From an uncultured Chloroflexia bacterium (GTDB lineage Bacteria > Chloroflexota > Limnocylindria > Limnocylindrales > CSP1-4), in the NCBI GenBank assembly GCA_963819655.1, contig CAWFXA010000001.1, forward strand, positions 32,001-96,000: a stretch of DNA of 64,000 nucleotides, written 5' to 3'. Under the pieces are notes generated by a model. It did no database searches. It saw only the letters and a program-made list of their open reading frames with translations, and was not told the DNA's origin. The position numbers were made by a program, and so were the translations under genes. Positions 29,367-38,579 of this stretch are shown here, piece by piece. Each line of letters starts with the position of its first letter. Within the stretch, counting starts at the first letter, position 1.

Positions 29367-31212
29367 TTGACCGATCTGCAGCCCTATCCGCTCAGGCCGT
29401 TCGTGGATGCGCTGCCCATCCCGCCGCGTCGCGTCATCGAAGAGCCGACACGGCTGACGATCGGGCTCGAGGCCACGACCCACCGCTTCCACCGGGACCT
29501 CGAGCCCTCTCGGGTCTGGACATATGACGGGCACCTCCCCGGTCCGACGATCGAGGTCCGCCGCGGGGTCCCGCTCGAGGTCCTGTGGGAGAACCGCCTG
29601 ACCGGGACGTTGCCGGTGCTCGTGACCGTTGCGCCGACGCACGCCGCCGCTGGCATCCCGGTCCAGTCCGTTCCGGGTCGCAGTGGCGGCACCCCTGACC
29701 CGGCGGCGGCTGCGCTGCCGGGGTTCTCGGTGGTCCACGTCCATGGTGCGATGACACAGGCCAACAGCGACGGCTGGGCGGAGAATCTCACGGCTCCTGG
29801 CCAGTCGGCGCTCGACACCTACCCGAATGACCAGCGCGCGGCGATGCTCTGGTATCACGACCACGTCATGGGCGTGACGCGCTTCAGTGTGTACGCCGGC
29901 CTCGCCGGGCTGTGGATCGTGCGCGACGACCGCGAGCGAGATCTCGGTCTCCCCGAAGGCCCGCCCTATGAGCTTCCGCTCCTCCTGGCTGACCGCAACT
30001 TCGACACCGCGCCTCGGGGCGGCATGACCGGCGATCTGCTCCACAAGACCGATCCGGACGTGATGGAGTGCTTCGGCCCGTTCACCGTCGTCAACGGCGC
30101 GATCTGGCCACGGATCGAGGTCGAGCCCGCGACGTACCGGCTCCGCGTGCTGAACGGCTCGAACGCCCGCACCTACCGCCTCGTGCTCACGCGTGACGGC
30201 GAGCCCGATCAGGCGCGCATCACGCAGATCGGCACCGAGGGTGGGCTCCTCCTTGGGCCTGTCTCGATCCCGGCCCAGGGTCTCGTGCTGGCATCGGCCG
30301 AGCGAGCCGATCTCCTGGTCGACTTCTCCGACCTGTCGCCCGGAACTGAGCTCACCTTCTGGAACACCGCGACAGCCCCCTTCGACGGCGCCGCGGTCGC
30401 CCCGGCGACCGCCGGTCGTGTCGACATCGACGGTCTCCTGCCCTACCCGGAGGTGCTCCGGATCGTCGTGACCGAGGGGCGCGCTTCCCCGTATCGTGTG
30501 CCGCCGGTCCTGGCGACGGACTTTCGACGGACGAGCCGCGAGGAGCTCACGGGCGCCACCGTCCGGGCGATCGCGCTGGTCGAACAGGAGGCCGCGGTCC
30601 ATGGTGCACCGCCCTTGCTGACCATGCGCGAGCTCGAGCCTGTCGACGGTCCGGACGCCGCGGAGCCCACGCATCACGCTCGTGGAACGGCAAAGCAGCG
30701 GTGAGGACGGCGTCACGAACTGGCGCACCGTCGCCACGCGCTTCGAGGACAAGACGACCTTCTACCCGACGCTCCATCGACCGGAGATCTGGCGGCTCAT
30801 CAACCTGACCGGCGACACACACCCCATCCACGTCCATCTCGACGCGTTCCAGGTGCTCGACCGCTTTCCCGCCACGGTCGACGTCCCCGACGACGGGATC
30901 GCCACGACGTCCACGAGAGCGACCGTGCGCATCGGCCGGAGCCCCGACGACGGCATCCCGCATGCGCTCGACGACAACGAGGACGGACTCAAAGACACGG
31001 TCCGGGTCAACCCGAACGAGGTCGTCGACATCGTGGTGACGTTCAAGGTCTTCTCCGGCCGATACATGTACCACTGCCACATCCTCGAGCACGAAGACCG
31101 CGACATGATGCGGCCCTTCGTGGTGATGCCCGTCGAGCTCATGCCGTTCATGGACATGCACCAGGGCGGCACCAGGATGGCCGACATGAACTACGTGGCG
31201 GAACATCGGTGA
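29367..31212 (+). CDS. Multicopper oxidase, CotA/phenoxazinone synthase-like (one extra base near 30670)
   Basis: All four Cu motifs: HVHG, WYHDH, HPIHVH, HCHILEHED.DMM; no signal peptide. Confidence 0.9.
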
Positions 31213-33301
31213 CCGCGCCTGGACGCACACCCATCCCACCGTCGCCTACGGGACCTCAGGCGACGCCGCCTGGAACCGGACCGGGCGAACGACCCGGCTT
31301 CCGGATCCCGCGCTGGCTGTCGCTCGCGGTCCTCGTCGGTCTGCTCGTGTGGAACGCATATCTGATCTTCGCGCCGATGGCAGTGCCATCCGTGGAGGTC
31401 CCGTACTCCACCTTCCTCGCGCAGGCCAAGGCCGACAACGTCGCACAGGTCACGTTCACCGACCAGGCCGTCAGCGGCACGTTCCGGACGGCCATCGCAG
31501 TACCCGCCGCCGGCCCCCGCGACGAGCCCACCGAGCAGTCCCTCCGCATCGCCAAGCCCAGCCGCCACTCCGGCGTCGTACGTGAACTTCACCTCGACAT
31601 TGCCGCCGATCGACGACCCGGTGCTGCTGCCGCTGCTCGAGAGCAACGACGTCGAGATCAACGCGACGGTGTCGGGCGGCGGGGTCCTCTCGGTCCTGCT
31701 GAGCATCGCGCTCAGCGTCCTGCCGCTGCTGCTGCTGGTCGGGTTCCTCGTCTACGCCGGCCGTCGGATGCAGCAGAGCCAGGCGGGCATCTTCGGGTTT
31801 GGCGGGTCCAGGGCGCGGGTCTACGACGCCGAGCGGCCCAAGGTCACGTTCGCCGACGTCGCCGGCCAGGACGAGGCCAAGACGGAGCTCGTCGAGATCG
31901 TCGAGTTCCTCAAGCATCCGGACAAGTACCGCCGCCTCGGAGCGCGCCTGCCGCGTGGCGTCCTGCTCATCGGCCCGCCCGGCACCGGCAAGACCCTCCT
32001 GGCGCGTGCCGTGGCCGGAGAGGCGGCGGTGCCGTTCTTCAGCATCTCCGCCTCGGAGTTCGTGGAGCTGTTCGTGGGCGTCGGCGCCAGCCGCGTCCGC
32101 GACCTGTTCACCAAGGCGAAGGCCACCGCCCCGGCGATCGTGTTCGTCGACGAGATCGACGCGGTCGGGCGACAACGCGGCGCCGGCCTGGGCGGAGGCA
32201 ACGACGAGCGCGAGCAGACGCTCAACCAGCTGCTGGTCGAGATGGACGGCTTCGACGACAAGACGAGCGTCATCGTCCTCGCGGCCACCAACCGACCGGA
32301 CGTGCTCGACCCGGCCCTGCTGCGACCCGGCCGCTTTGACCGGCAGGTCACGGTCGCCTTCCCGGACCGGGCCGGTCGCGAGGCGATCCTGCGGATCCAT
32401 TCTCGCGGCATCCCCCTCGCCGAATCCGTCGACCTCGAGGTGCTCGCGGGCGCCACGCCGGGGTTCTCCGGCGCGGACCTCGCCAATCTGGCCAACGAAG
32501 CGGCGCTCCGCGCCGCGCGCAAGGATCGCGATGTCGTCGACCCAGGAGGACTTCGAGGAGGCGCTCGATTCGATCCTGCTCGGGACGCGTCAGCCCGGTC
32601 TCACCAACGTCGATGAGCGCCGCCTCGTGGCGTACCACGAGGGCGGCCATGCGATCGTGGCGCGGCTCACCCCGGGCGCCGATCCCGTGCATCGGGTCAC
32701 GATCGTCCCGCACGGCCAGGCGCTCGGCGTGACGGAGCAGCGCCCCGACGAGGATCGCCGCAACTACCCGCGCGACTACCTGATGGGGCGGCTGGCGGTG
32801 ATGCTCGGCGGTCGGGCCGCCGAGGACGTCGTCTTCGGCCAGCCGACCACGGGCGCGGAGAGCGACCTGAAGGCTGCCACCAGCCTGGCACGGCGCATGG
32901 TCGGGCTGTGGGGGATGACCGACGAAGTCGGGCCCGTGTCGTACGGAGTGGGCGAGACGCAGCCGTTCCTGGGACGCGAGTTGGCGGCACCGCGCGAGTA
33001 CGCCGAGGCGACGGCAGCCCGGATCGACCAGGAGGTCGTCGCCATCATCACGACCGCACGCGATCAGGCGACCGCGATCATTCGCACGGCCCGCCCCGCG
33101 CTCGACGCCCTCGCCGACGAGCTGGTCGCCCACGAGATGGTCGACAGCCAACGACTCGACGAGATCCTGTTGAAGGCTGGCTTCACCCCGGCCATCGCCG
33201 CACCTGGCGGATTGCCCGCCATTGCGGCCAGCGCGCCCGTGATTCCCGATCAGCCGCCCGCTGCCAAGAAGGGATCAGGCCCATCCGGGACCCGGTCGTG
33301 A
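31209..33301 (+). CDS. ftsH: ATP-dependent zinc metalloprotease FtsH (extra bases near 31515 and 32541)
   Basis: Two TMs, [45 protein letters not shown]. Confidence 0.93.
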
Positions 33302-33407
33302 CTCTGATCCTGGACGCAATCCGGGCGACTTCGTAGGACACTGAACGTGGACCGGCGGTGTCTCCTTCACGTGGGGCCACCGCCAGGCGATCGATTGGAG
33401 GTGGCCG

Positions 33408-34013
33408 ATGGGCTTCATCACACGAGGCTTTCGGGGTCGACGGTCGGCCGATGCTGCCGCGGGACGGGTACCGCCGGGCCAGTACGTCACGCAGGACTAT
33501 CCGGTGCTGTCGGCCGGACCGACTCCGGACATCCCACTCGATCAATGGCGCCTCACGATCGGCGGCCAGGTCGACAAGCCCCTCGAGTGGACGTGGGAGG
33601 AGTTCACGGCGCTGCCAGGCGAGGACGTGACCGTCGACATCCACTGCGTCACAAAGTGGTCGAAGCTGGACACGACCTGGCACGGCGTTTCAGTGGACAC
33701 GCTGCTCAAGGACGTCGAGACGGCAGCGGACTATGTGATGCAGCACTCGTACGGCGGATACACGACAAACCTTCCGCTGGAAGACCTCACCGGCGGCAAG
33801 GCGTGGGTCGCGTATCGATTCGATGGTGCGCCACTTGAACCCGAGCACGGTGGCCCGGCTCGGATGGTGGTGCCCCATCTCTACTTCTGGAAGAGCGCCA
33901 AGTGGCTCCGGAGCCTCGAGCTTCGGGACACGGATGAGCCCGGCTTCTGGGAGATGTACGGGTATCACAACTACGGTGACCCATGGCGAGAACAGCGATA
34001 CGCGGGCGACTGA
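33408..34013 (+). CDS. Sulfite oxidase-like molybdopterin oxidoreductase (YuiH-like, cytoplasmic)
   Basis: RVPPGQY, DIHCVTKWS, EHGGP.R, YFWKSAKW, GFWE..GYH. Confidence 0.9.
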   Translation: MGFITRGFRGRRSADAAAGRVPPGQYVTQDYPVLSAGPTPDIPLDQWRLTIGGQVDKPLEWTWEEFTALPGEDVTVDIHCVTKWSKLDTTWHGVSVDTLLKDVETAADYVMQHSYGGYTTNLPLEDLTGGKAWVAYRFDGAPLEPEHGGPARMVVPHLYFWKSAKWLRSLELRDTDEPGFWEMYGYHNYGDPWREQRYAGD

Positions 34014-34735
34014 CCTGGCTGGTCAGTCAGGTCGTCGACCGGATCGACGAGACGGCACAGGTCCGCAGCCTCGTGCTCGATTGTCCTGGTTGGCCGGGCC
34101 ATCAACCGGGTCAGCACGTGGACGTCCGCCTGACGGCCGCCGACGGCTACGTCGCCGAGCGCAGCTATTCGATCGCGACGCCGGCCGACGGCAGCCGGAT
34201 CACGATCACGGTCGAGCGGCTCGTGGAGGGCGAAGTATCGCCCTACCTCGTCGACGAGCTCCAGATCGGCGACCGGCTCGAGCTCCGCGGCCCGATCGGT
34301 GGCTGGTTCGTGTGGCGGCCGGAGCTCGGCGGGCCGCTGTTCCTGGCGGCCGGCGGCAGCGGGATCGCGCCGCTGATGGCGATGGTTCGTGCCCGGATCG
34401 CCAGCCGGAGTGATGTCCCGGTCCGGCTGCTGTTGTCGGCCCGATCGGCGGAGGAAGTCATCTACGGCGCCGAGCTCGACACGATCGCCAAGGACCAGGT
34501 CGGGGTCCAGGTGATAGAGACGCTCACGCGGATGCAGCCGCCCGAGTGGTCCGGGTATCGACGGCGCGTCGATCGAGCGATGCTGACCGAGGTCGCCTGG
34601 CCGACCACGGAGAAGCCGAAATGCTACGTCTGCGGGCCGACTGGTTTCGTCGAGGCCGTCGCCTCGGCCCTGGTCGACTTGGGACATGACCCGCAGGACA
34701 TCAGGACCGAGCGCTTCGGCCCGACGGGAGGTTAG
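33983..34735 (+). CDS. Ferredoxin-NADP reductase-like flavoprotein
   Basis: GQHVDVRLTA.DGY, RSYSI, GEVS, GGSGIAP, YVCGP, ERFG. Confidence 0.9.
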   Translation: MARTAIRGRLTWLVSQVVDRIDETAQVRSLVLDCPGWPGHQPGQHVDVRLTAADGYVAERSYSIATPADGSRITITVERLVEGEVSPYLVDELQIGDRLELRGPIGGWFVWRPELGGPLFLAAGGSGIAPLMAMVRARIASRSDVPVRLLLSARSAEEVIYGAELDTIAKDQVGVQVIETLTRMQPPEWSGYRRRVDRAMLTEVAWPTTEKPKCYVCGPTGFVEAVASALVDLGHDPQDIRTERFGPTGG

Positions 34736-34737
34736 CG

Positions 34738-35001
34738 ATGACCAGTGACAACCACGTCGACGGCAACGCCATGGGCGGCCTCCTCATCGATGTCTTCGGC
34801 CGCGAGATGACCGACGCACAAGGCTGTTGCGCCAATTGTGGTGACGTGAACGCCATGGGCGCGTTGATCGTCTATCGCAGCGGTCCGGGCGACGTGTTGC
34901 GCTGCCCCAGCTGCGAATCTGTTCTGATGGTGGCCGCCTCGCTGTCCGAACGACCTCGGGTATACCTCGCGTCGTTGAGGTGGTTGGAAACCCCCTCCTG
35001 A
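34738..35001 (+). CDS. Small zinc-ribbon protein (DUF6510-like)
   Basis: VDGNAMGG, CANCG, LRCPSC. Confidence 0.8.
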   Translation: MTSDNHVDGNAMGGLLIDVFGREMTDAQGCCANCGDVNAMGALIVYRSGPGDVLRCPSCESVLMVAASLSERPRVYLASLRWLETPS

Positions 35002-35016
35002 TCCCTGGAGCAGGAC

Positions 35017-35451
35017 ATGACGCTGTCAACCGACTCAGCAAACAGCTCGGCCGGGATGCCGTTGGCCGGCGTCGAATACCGGCCCGGTGTCTGCAACATC
35101 GGTCCGGTCGAGATCGCCCGCCGTCGCCGAGCCGGGCACGTCGGCCTCCTTGTCACGGTGGCCGCGTTCGCCGCCCTTGTGGCGATCGATGCGCCGCCGC
35201 TCGCGCGCTTGATCCTGATCGTGCCCGCCGCCGCCGCGGCGTCCGGCTACCTCCAGGCGTGGTTGAAGTTCTGCGCCGGTTTCGGGTCACGGGGGATCTT
35301 CAATTTCGGACCCCTCGGAGACACCCAGCAGGTCGTGGACGAGGACGCCCGAGCACGTGACCGCGCCAGGGCCAAGCGGATCGGTCTGGCGAGTCTCGCG
35401 ATCGGAGTCGCGGTCGGCGTCCTGGCGGCTGTCATTCCGTTCGGCGCCTGA
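35017..35451 (+). CDS. Small membrane protein with CNIG and FCA motifs
   Basis: YRPGVCNIGP.EI.RRR, GYLQA..FCAGFG; three hydrophobic segments. Confidence 0.75.
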   Translation: MTLSTDSANSSAGMPLAGVEYRPGVCNIGPVEIARRRRAGHVGLLVTVAAFAALVAIDAPPLARLILIVPAAAAASGYLQAWLKFCAGFGSRGIFNFGPLGDTQQVVDEDARARDRARAKRIGLASLAIGVAVGVLAAVIPFGA

Positions 35452-35463
35452 CGAAGCTCGGCG

Positions 35464-35526
35464 ATGGACGCGAATCTGCTGCTTTGGGTCGGGCAGATCC
35501 TGCTCGGGCGGCGAGGAGACGCTTAG
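35464..35526 (+). pseudogene. Possible N-terminal stump of a DoxX-family membrane protein
   Basis: MDANLLLWVGQILLG resembles the DoxX N-terminus (LW..Q.LL); stops after 20 codons. Confidence 0.5.
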
Positions 35527-35527
35527 C

Positions 35528-35986
35528 TCAGGCGTCCTCGATGAGGAAGACCGGCGTGCGCGGCGTCAGCGCTTGCGCCTCCTCCAGTGTGCCCGTCGGC
35601 TCCTTGAGGCCAAGATAGCGGCGCCCCTGGCCCGGGTACTGTGTCACGTACCAGCGCAGGTACTCGGCCGTCTCCTCCGGGCTGAGCTCTGGGAGGTGAA
35701 CGGCGCGCGCACGGCCACCGCGAACGATCCGCACCGACCGCCCGGCGCGGACGTCGCGCACCCACGGCGTGATGCCAAAGAGGCCCACCACGTAATCGAT
35801 GCCGTCCCGGGGCCAGATCATGATCGGGATTCGGCGAGTCGCGTTCGTTCCATCGACCTCGAGTACGGCACCCGGCCCGCGGACACGCGCAAGCAGGACT
35901 CGCGCCACCGGATCACCGATATGCCGCCGGAACCAGCCACGAGGCTTCCGATACTCGGGGGTTGGGACGGTCGTCGACGCGCTCAT
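35528..35986 (-). CDS. Divergent deazaflavin-dependent nitroreductase family protein
   Basis: YVVGLFGITPWVRDVRA, LRWY, TPVF; the usual GR.SG loop is altered (VDGTNATRR). Confidence 0.7.
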   Translation of the reverse strand: MSASTTVPTPEYRKPRGWFRRHIGDPVARVLLARVRGPGAVLEVDGTNATRRIPIMIWPRDGIDYVVGLFGITPWVRDVRAGRSVRIVRGGRARAVHLPELSPEETAEYLRWYVTQYPGQGRRYLGLKEPTGTLEEAQALTPRTPVFLIEDA

Positions 35987-36039
35987 CAGGCGCCTCCATG
36001 CGCTACGATTCCTGTGCGCTGCACCCTCGCGTTCGTGAA

Positions 36040-36084
36040 GTTGCAACTGCAACCACCTTACGCCACGTTGGTTGCGCATGCAAG
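36040..36084 (-). promoter_or_regulatory. Promoter with two GTTGC-N4-GCAAC dyads
   Basis: Minus strand TTGCAT-17-TAAGGT; dyads at 36040-36053 and 36071-36084. Confidence 0.7.
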
Positions 36085-36116
36085 TATCACTGGAACCCGA
36101 CGTCGCTGGTTCGATC

Positions 36117-36677
36117 TCAGTCGGGCTGGGGCTCCAACACGACGACCGCTGTCTCCTGGGATCGCTTGGCCGCGTGGGCGTCGGTACCCTCGCCGAGCCC
36201 CACCCACATTGCCCACATGCGCACCCGTTCGTCCCCGTCCGCTGCACGCGCATGGACGGTGAGCGATCCGGTTGCCGTATCGATCCTGGCGGCGGGATTC
36301 GCCTGCAGGTTGAGCCACCACGCGGGTTCGGGGTTGGCCCACCCGTTCATGGCCAGGGTGATCAGATTTGGGCCATCCTCAAGGTAGCCGAGGATGGCGG
36401 TCCGCTCGCTGCCCGTTCGGCGGCCGACTGTCCTGATACGCAGCATGCCCCAGCGGTCGGCCGTGGCTCCGCGAAGACCGAACCGGCCGCCGGTCACGGA
36501 GTAGAGCGCGCGGTGCATCACCCAGAAGGCACGGATGAACCAGCGCGGCGGGAGTCGCGGCGCTCGCTCAGGCTGGCGGAGCAGGACGTCACCGTCGCTG
36601 ACAACCGGCGCGTCGATATCTGCGGTTTCGACGGCGTTCGTCGAGCTGTGGTCATCCTGGATCGTGTTCAGGCTCAT
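36117..36677 (-). CDS. Deazaflavin-dependent nitroreductase (Ddn-like)
   Basis: TVGRRTG..R, AMNGW..PEPAWWLNLQANP. Confidence 0.88.
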   Translation of the reverse strand: MSLNTIQDDHSSTNAVETADIDAPVVSDGDVLLRQPERAPRLPPRWFIRAFWVMHRALYSVTGGRFGLRGATADRWGMLRIRTVGRRTGSERTAILGYLEDGPNLITLAMNGWANPEPAWWLNLQANPAARIDTATGSLTVHARAADGDERVRMWAMWVGLGEGTDAHAAKRSQETAVVVLEPQPD

Positions 36678-36689
36678 CCTCTGCTCCGA

Positions 36690-36754
36690 TGTAAAGAGTG
36701 CTTGACATCGGCAAATGTATAGCAGGGCTGACATCGTGTCAATGGTTCTTGACA
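36690..36754 (-). promoter_or_regulatory. Promoter with three TGTCAA-N6-TTGACA-like boxes
   Basis: Minus strand TTGACA-17-TACATT; 18-bp boxes at 36690-36707, 36716-36733 and 36737-36754. Confidence 0.7.
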
Positions 36755-36815
36755 CGTACGCACCATTCGGCGAGCGAAGGTATGCCCTTCGTCGTGGTTT
36801 CGACCTTCGAGGCGG

Positions 36816-37220
36816 CTACCCTGCCCGCTGATGCGGGCGACGGGCGACGGCATCGTCGATCCGTTTGCCAACGTCGGGGAAGCGGGCCAAGACCCGGCCG
36901 AACTCGAAGCGGCCGAACTGCACGAACTCGCACGCCGTGGCGCATGTCACCATCGCGGTGTTGGTCGTCCCCTCCACCAGGGCGATCTCGCCGACGAACC
37001 CGCCGTCGGACATCGACCGCACGAATTCACCGTTGCGCGTGACATGGACGGTGCCGGTCACGATGACGTAGAAGGACTCGGTCGCCTCGCCCTCACCGAT
37101 CAGCACCGTGCCGGCAGGCATCGAGACGAGCTGAGCCAGGGTCGCGATCGCTTCCAGACTGCGCCCTTCGAGCTTGGCGAAGATCGGGAGGCGGGCCACG
37201 ATAGCGGTCTTCTCGTCCAT
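36816..37220 (-). CDS. Stand-alone cyclic nucleotide-binding domain protein
   Basis: LPIFA.L, GTVLI.EGE, FYVIVTG.V, GGFVGEIAL. Confidence 0.88.
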   Translation of the reverse strand: MDEKTAIVARLPIFAKLEGRSLEAIATLAQLVSMPAGTVLIGEGEATESFYVIVTGTVHVTRNGEFVRSMSDGGFVGEIALVEGTTNTAMVTCATACEFVQFGRFEFGRVLARFPDVGKRIDDAVARRPHQRAG

Positions 37221-37274
37221 GCTCCCGGAGCATAGCGGGACGCGGCCCTGCCCCGGAGTGCGGCGAGACGAGAC

Positions 37275-38492
37275 CTATGCGTCCGTCGGGACGGTCTGCG
37301 TCTCGATACCCTCGCTGCGCACCTCCGCGAGATACACGGAGCGCACCGAGAACAGCTGTCGGAGCTCGTCGAGCATGGTCGTGAAATGCTCGCTGCGGTA
37401 CGCATTGTCGGTCAGGGCAAGGCCCGTGAAGTAGAGGCCGACGATCCCGCTCAGGAGGGCGCTGACGATCAGCAGCTCGGCCGACAGGATGCGGGTCTCG
37501 CCGAGCAAGTCGAATTCCCAGACGACCGTGACCGGCGCCGAGATCCACTGCTCCTGGACGGACGCCGGAACCACCAGCAGGCCGAACACCACGAGAAAGG
37601 CCATCACCAGAAGCGCGACGAAGGTCGACTGGAGGAGCTGGTTGATTACCACCACGAAGTCAAGGTTGATCCGCTGGAGCCAGGTCAGAGGCGCGGCCGG
37701 GCTCGCGGGTCGCTTCGAGGAGTCCGCGATCGGTGCGGCAGGTGTCCCCTGCACGTCGGCCTCGACGATGTCCCAGTCGGTCCCTGCTTCGAGGCGACGG
37801 ATCTCCGGGCGGAACGTGGTGACGATGAGGAGCGACGCGATCAGCACCAGGAGCAGCAGGACAGCGGCGATCTCGCCGCCATGGAGCGAGTGCGCCGCCT
37901 CCCAGATCTCAGCCGCGAACATCAGGAACACGACGAGGATCAGCAGGACCGGCAGGGTCCGCGAGAGCAGCGTCACGATGTGAAGCAGGTGCTCGCGTAG
38001 GCGTCCGAGGGCCCAGAGCGCGATCTCTAGCAGGCCGAAGGCGATGACCATGTAGATGATGCCGATGCCGAGCAGGATGTTGAGCGTCATCAAGATCGAC
38101 ATCGCCAGATCCCGCCCGACCACGAGCGTGGGGATCCCCGGCAGGATCGCGAAGGCCGCGATATCCGTGATATCGAACCGTGGCGGCGGACCGCTCACAG
38201 ACCGGCGGCGTATGGCCATGATGACCCGGTAGGCCACCAGCACGAACAGGAGCGAGGCGAGCGCCCCGACGACGTCCCACGGCAAGGGGATGTCTGGCCG
38301 TCCAAGCCAGTACAGCACCGTCCAGATGACGATCCACGCGGCGATGAACGGCGCCGCCCGGGCGTCCATGCTCTGCTCGGTGCTGTAGCCCTCGATGAAC
38401 TGCGGCACGCCGCGTCGCACGAACCAGCGCTCGATGTCACGACGCGGGCCGGACGGGACCGTGCCGGGAGCGACCTGCAGGAGCGCATCCAT
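37275..38492 (-). CDS. Conserved multi-pass membrane protein of unknown function
   Basis: ERWFVRRGVPQFIE, about 8 hydrophobic segments, normal codon pattern. Confidence 0.8.
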   Translation of the reverse strand: MDALLQVAPGTVPSGPRRDIERWFVRRGVPQFIEGYSTEQSMDARAAPFIAAWIVIWTVLYWLGRPDIPLPWDVVGALASLLFVLVAYRVIMAIRRRSVSGPPPRFDITDIAAFAILPGIPTLVVGRDLAMSILMTLNILLGIGIIYMVIAFGLLEIALWALGRLREHLLHIVTLLSRTLPVLLILVVFLMFAAEIWEAAHSLHGGEIAAVLLLLVLIASLLIVTTFRPEIRRLEAGTDWDIVEADVQGTPAAPIADSSKRPASPAAPLTWLQRINLDFVVVINQLLQSTFVALLVMAFLVVFGLLVVPASVQEQWISAPVTVVWEFDLLGETRILSAELLIVSALLSGIVGLYFTGLALTDNAYRSEHFTTMLDELRQLFSVRSVYLAEVRSEGIETQTVPTDA

Positions 38493-38579
38493 CGCATACC
38501 AGCGTACGGGTGCGCGACGTGCAGTACGAATTGGTCATGGCTGGCGGGACCGCATGTTCGTACGTTGCCAGTCAGCACC

